Part shown: positions 53,276 through 54,324 of the stretch, in pieces | Position numbering within the stretch: position 1 is the stretch's first letter | Layout: each line of letters starts with the position of its first letter | From: Burkholderiales bacterium | GTDB taxonomy: Bacteria > Pseudomonadota > Gammaproteobacteria > Burkholderiales > JACQAP01 | Reading direction: 5' to 3' | Length of the DNA stretch: 54,324 nucleotides | NCBI GenBank assembly: GCA_036000845.1 | Contig: DASYUW010000013.1 | Coordinates: 1 to 54,324, forward strand | The notes under the pieces: generated by a model | Told to the model about the DNA's origin: nothing | Databases searched by the model: none | What the model saw: the letters and a program-made list of their open reading frames with translations, nothing else | Position numbers and translations under genes: made by a program

Positions 53276-54324
53276 ACTCATGGAAGTCGTAGGGACGATG
53301 GCCGTGGCGCTTGACCAGCTCGTCGCGTTCCGCCGCCTTCAGGTCCTCGCTCGCCATTTCCTCAACCAGTTGTTCGAAACCGACCTTGGCGGACCAGCCG
53401 AGTTTGCTCTTCGCCCTCGACGGATCGCCAAGCAGCGTGTCGACTTCGGCCGGTCGAAAGTAGCGCGGATCGACCGCTACGCACATGCGGCCGGCGCCGT
53501 CGAAGGCCTTCTCGTCCAGGCCTTTGCCCGACCACTTCAGTTTCATGCCAAGCTTTTGCGCTGCGAGATCGACGAAATCGCGCACGCTGTGCTGGATGCC
53601 GGTGGCAATGACAAAATCCTCGGGCTGAGGCTGCTGAAGTATCAGCCACTGGGCCTCGACGAAATCACGGGCGTGCCCCCAGTCGCGTCTGGCGTCGAGA
53701 TTGCCGAGATAAACACAGTCCTGCAGACCCAGCTTGATACGGGCCAGTGCCCGAGTGATCTTGCGGGTGACGAAGGTCTCCCCGCGCACGGGGCTTTCGT
53801 GATTAAAAAGTATGCCGTTGCAGGCGAACATTCCATAGGCTTCGCGGTAGTTGACCGTGATCCAGTAGGCGTAGAGCTTGGCTACTCCGTAAGGAGAGCG
53901 TGGGTAGAACGGCGTGGTTTCCTTTTGCGGGCTTTCGCGGACCAGGCCATACATCTCCGATGTCGAAGCCTGATAGAAACGGCTCTTCTTTTCCAACCCC
54001 AGAATGCGGATCGCTTCCAGCAGACGCAGCGCGCCCAGCGCGTCCGAATTTGCGGTGTACTCGGGCTCTTCGAAGGACACCGCGACGTGGCTCTGTGCCG
54101 CGAGATTGTAGATCTCGTCCGGCTGCACCTGCTGGATGATTCTTACCAGGCTGCTGGAATCGGTCATGTCTCCGTAATGGAGAATGAAATTGCGATTGCT
54201 TACGTGCGGGTCCTGGTAAAGATGATCTATGCGATCGGTATTGAACAGGGAGGTGCGGCGCTTGATGCCGTGCACCTCGTAGCCCTTGGCAAGCAGGAAT
54301 TCGGCGAGGTATGCACCATCCTGG
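53274..54324 (-). CDS. gmd: GDP-mannose 4,6-dehydratase (5' end beyond window)
   Basis: [50 protein letters not shown] and [10 protein letters not shown] are classic Gmd blocks. The ORF runs off the right edge of the window. Confidence 0.9.
   Translation of the reverse strand, partial: QDGAYLAEFLLAKGYEVHGIKRRTSLFNTDRIDHLYQDPHVSNRNFILHYGDMTDSSSLVRIIQQVQPDEIYNLAAQSHVAVSFEEPEYTANSDALGALRLLEAIRILGLEKKSRFYQASTSEMYGLVRESPQKETTPFYPRSPYGVAKLYAYWITVNYREAYGMFACNGILFNHESPVRGETFVTRKITRALARIKLGLQDCVYLGNLDARRDWGHARDFVEAQWLILQQPQPEDFVIATGIQHSVRDFVDLAAQKLGMKLKWSGKGLDEKAFDGAGRMCVAVDPRYFRPAEVDTLLGDPSRAKSKLGWSAKVGFEQLVEEMASEDLKAAERDELVKRHGHRPYDFHE

Overview
High-GC, proteobacterial-type chromosomal window with four parts. 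(1) 35-2064: a three-gene DUF692 (MNIO)/DUF2063 RiPP operon of the bufferin type. Its Cys-rich precursor appears to carry a lipoprotein lipobox. A large secreted Zn-metalloprotease (2236-4803) and a PCu(A)C copper chaperone (5089-5568, minus) follow. (2) 5667-10133: the conserved housekeeping block dacA-dat-ybeD-lipB-lipA. (3) 10236-54324: a very large glycan-biosynthesis region, about 44 kb. It has three high-GC core-type glycosyltransferase genes (10236-13240). Next comes a lower-GC mosaic block (about 13.2-26.2 kb) with IS630-type transposase remnants, a decayed second uxs copy and a truncated DUF4143 ATPase gene. After it come a priming phosphoglycosyl transferase (26434-27843) and a tightly packed run of 26 minus-strand genes (28297 to the window end). 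I recognise 15 glycosyltransferase-like genes, 9 SAM-methyltransferase-like genes, 2 AsnB-type amidotransferases, 2 hexapeptide acyltransferases, a Wzx flippase and a dedicated ACP/KASIII/aminotransferase module. The nucleotide-sugar genes are gmd, fcl, galE, uxs and wecB. I saw no Wzy, Wzz, Wza/Wzc or ABC exporter in the window. (4) Almost every operon boundary in the high-GC parts carries low-complexity repeats: 7-9-nt tandem units followed by their approximate reverse complement, MITE-like elements and GC-rich hairpins. None of these occur in the low-GC block. No rRNA, tRNA or CRISPR array was seen. All functional calls rest on motifs recognised by eye in the supplied translations, and no database search was possible.
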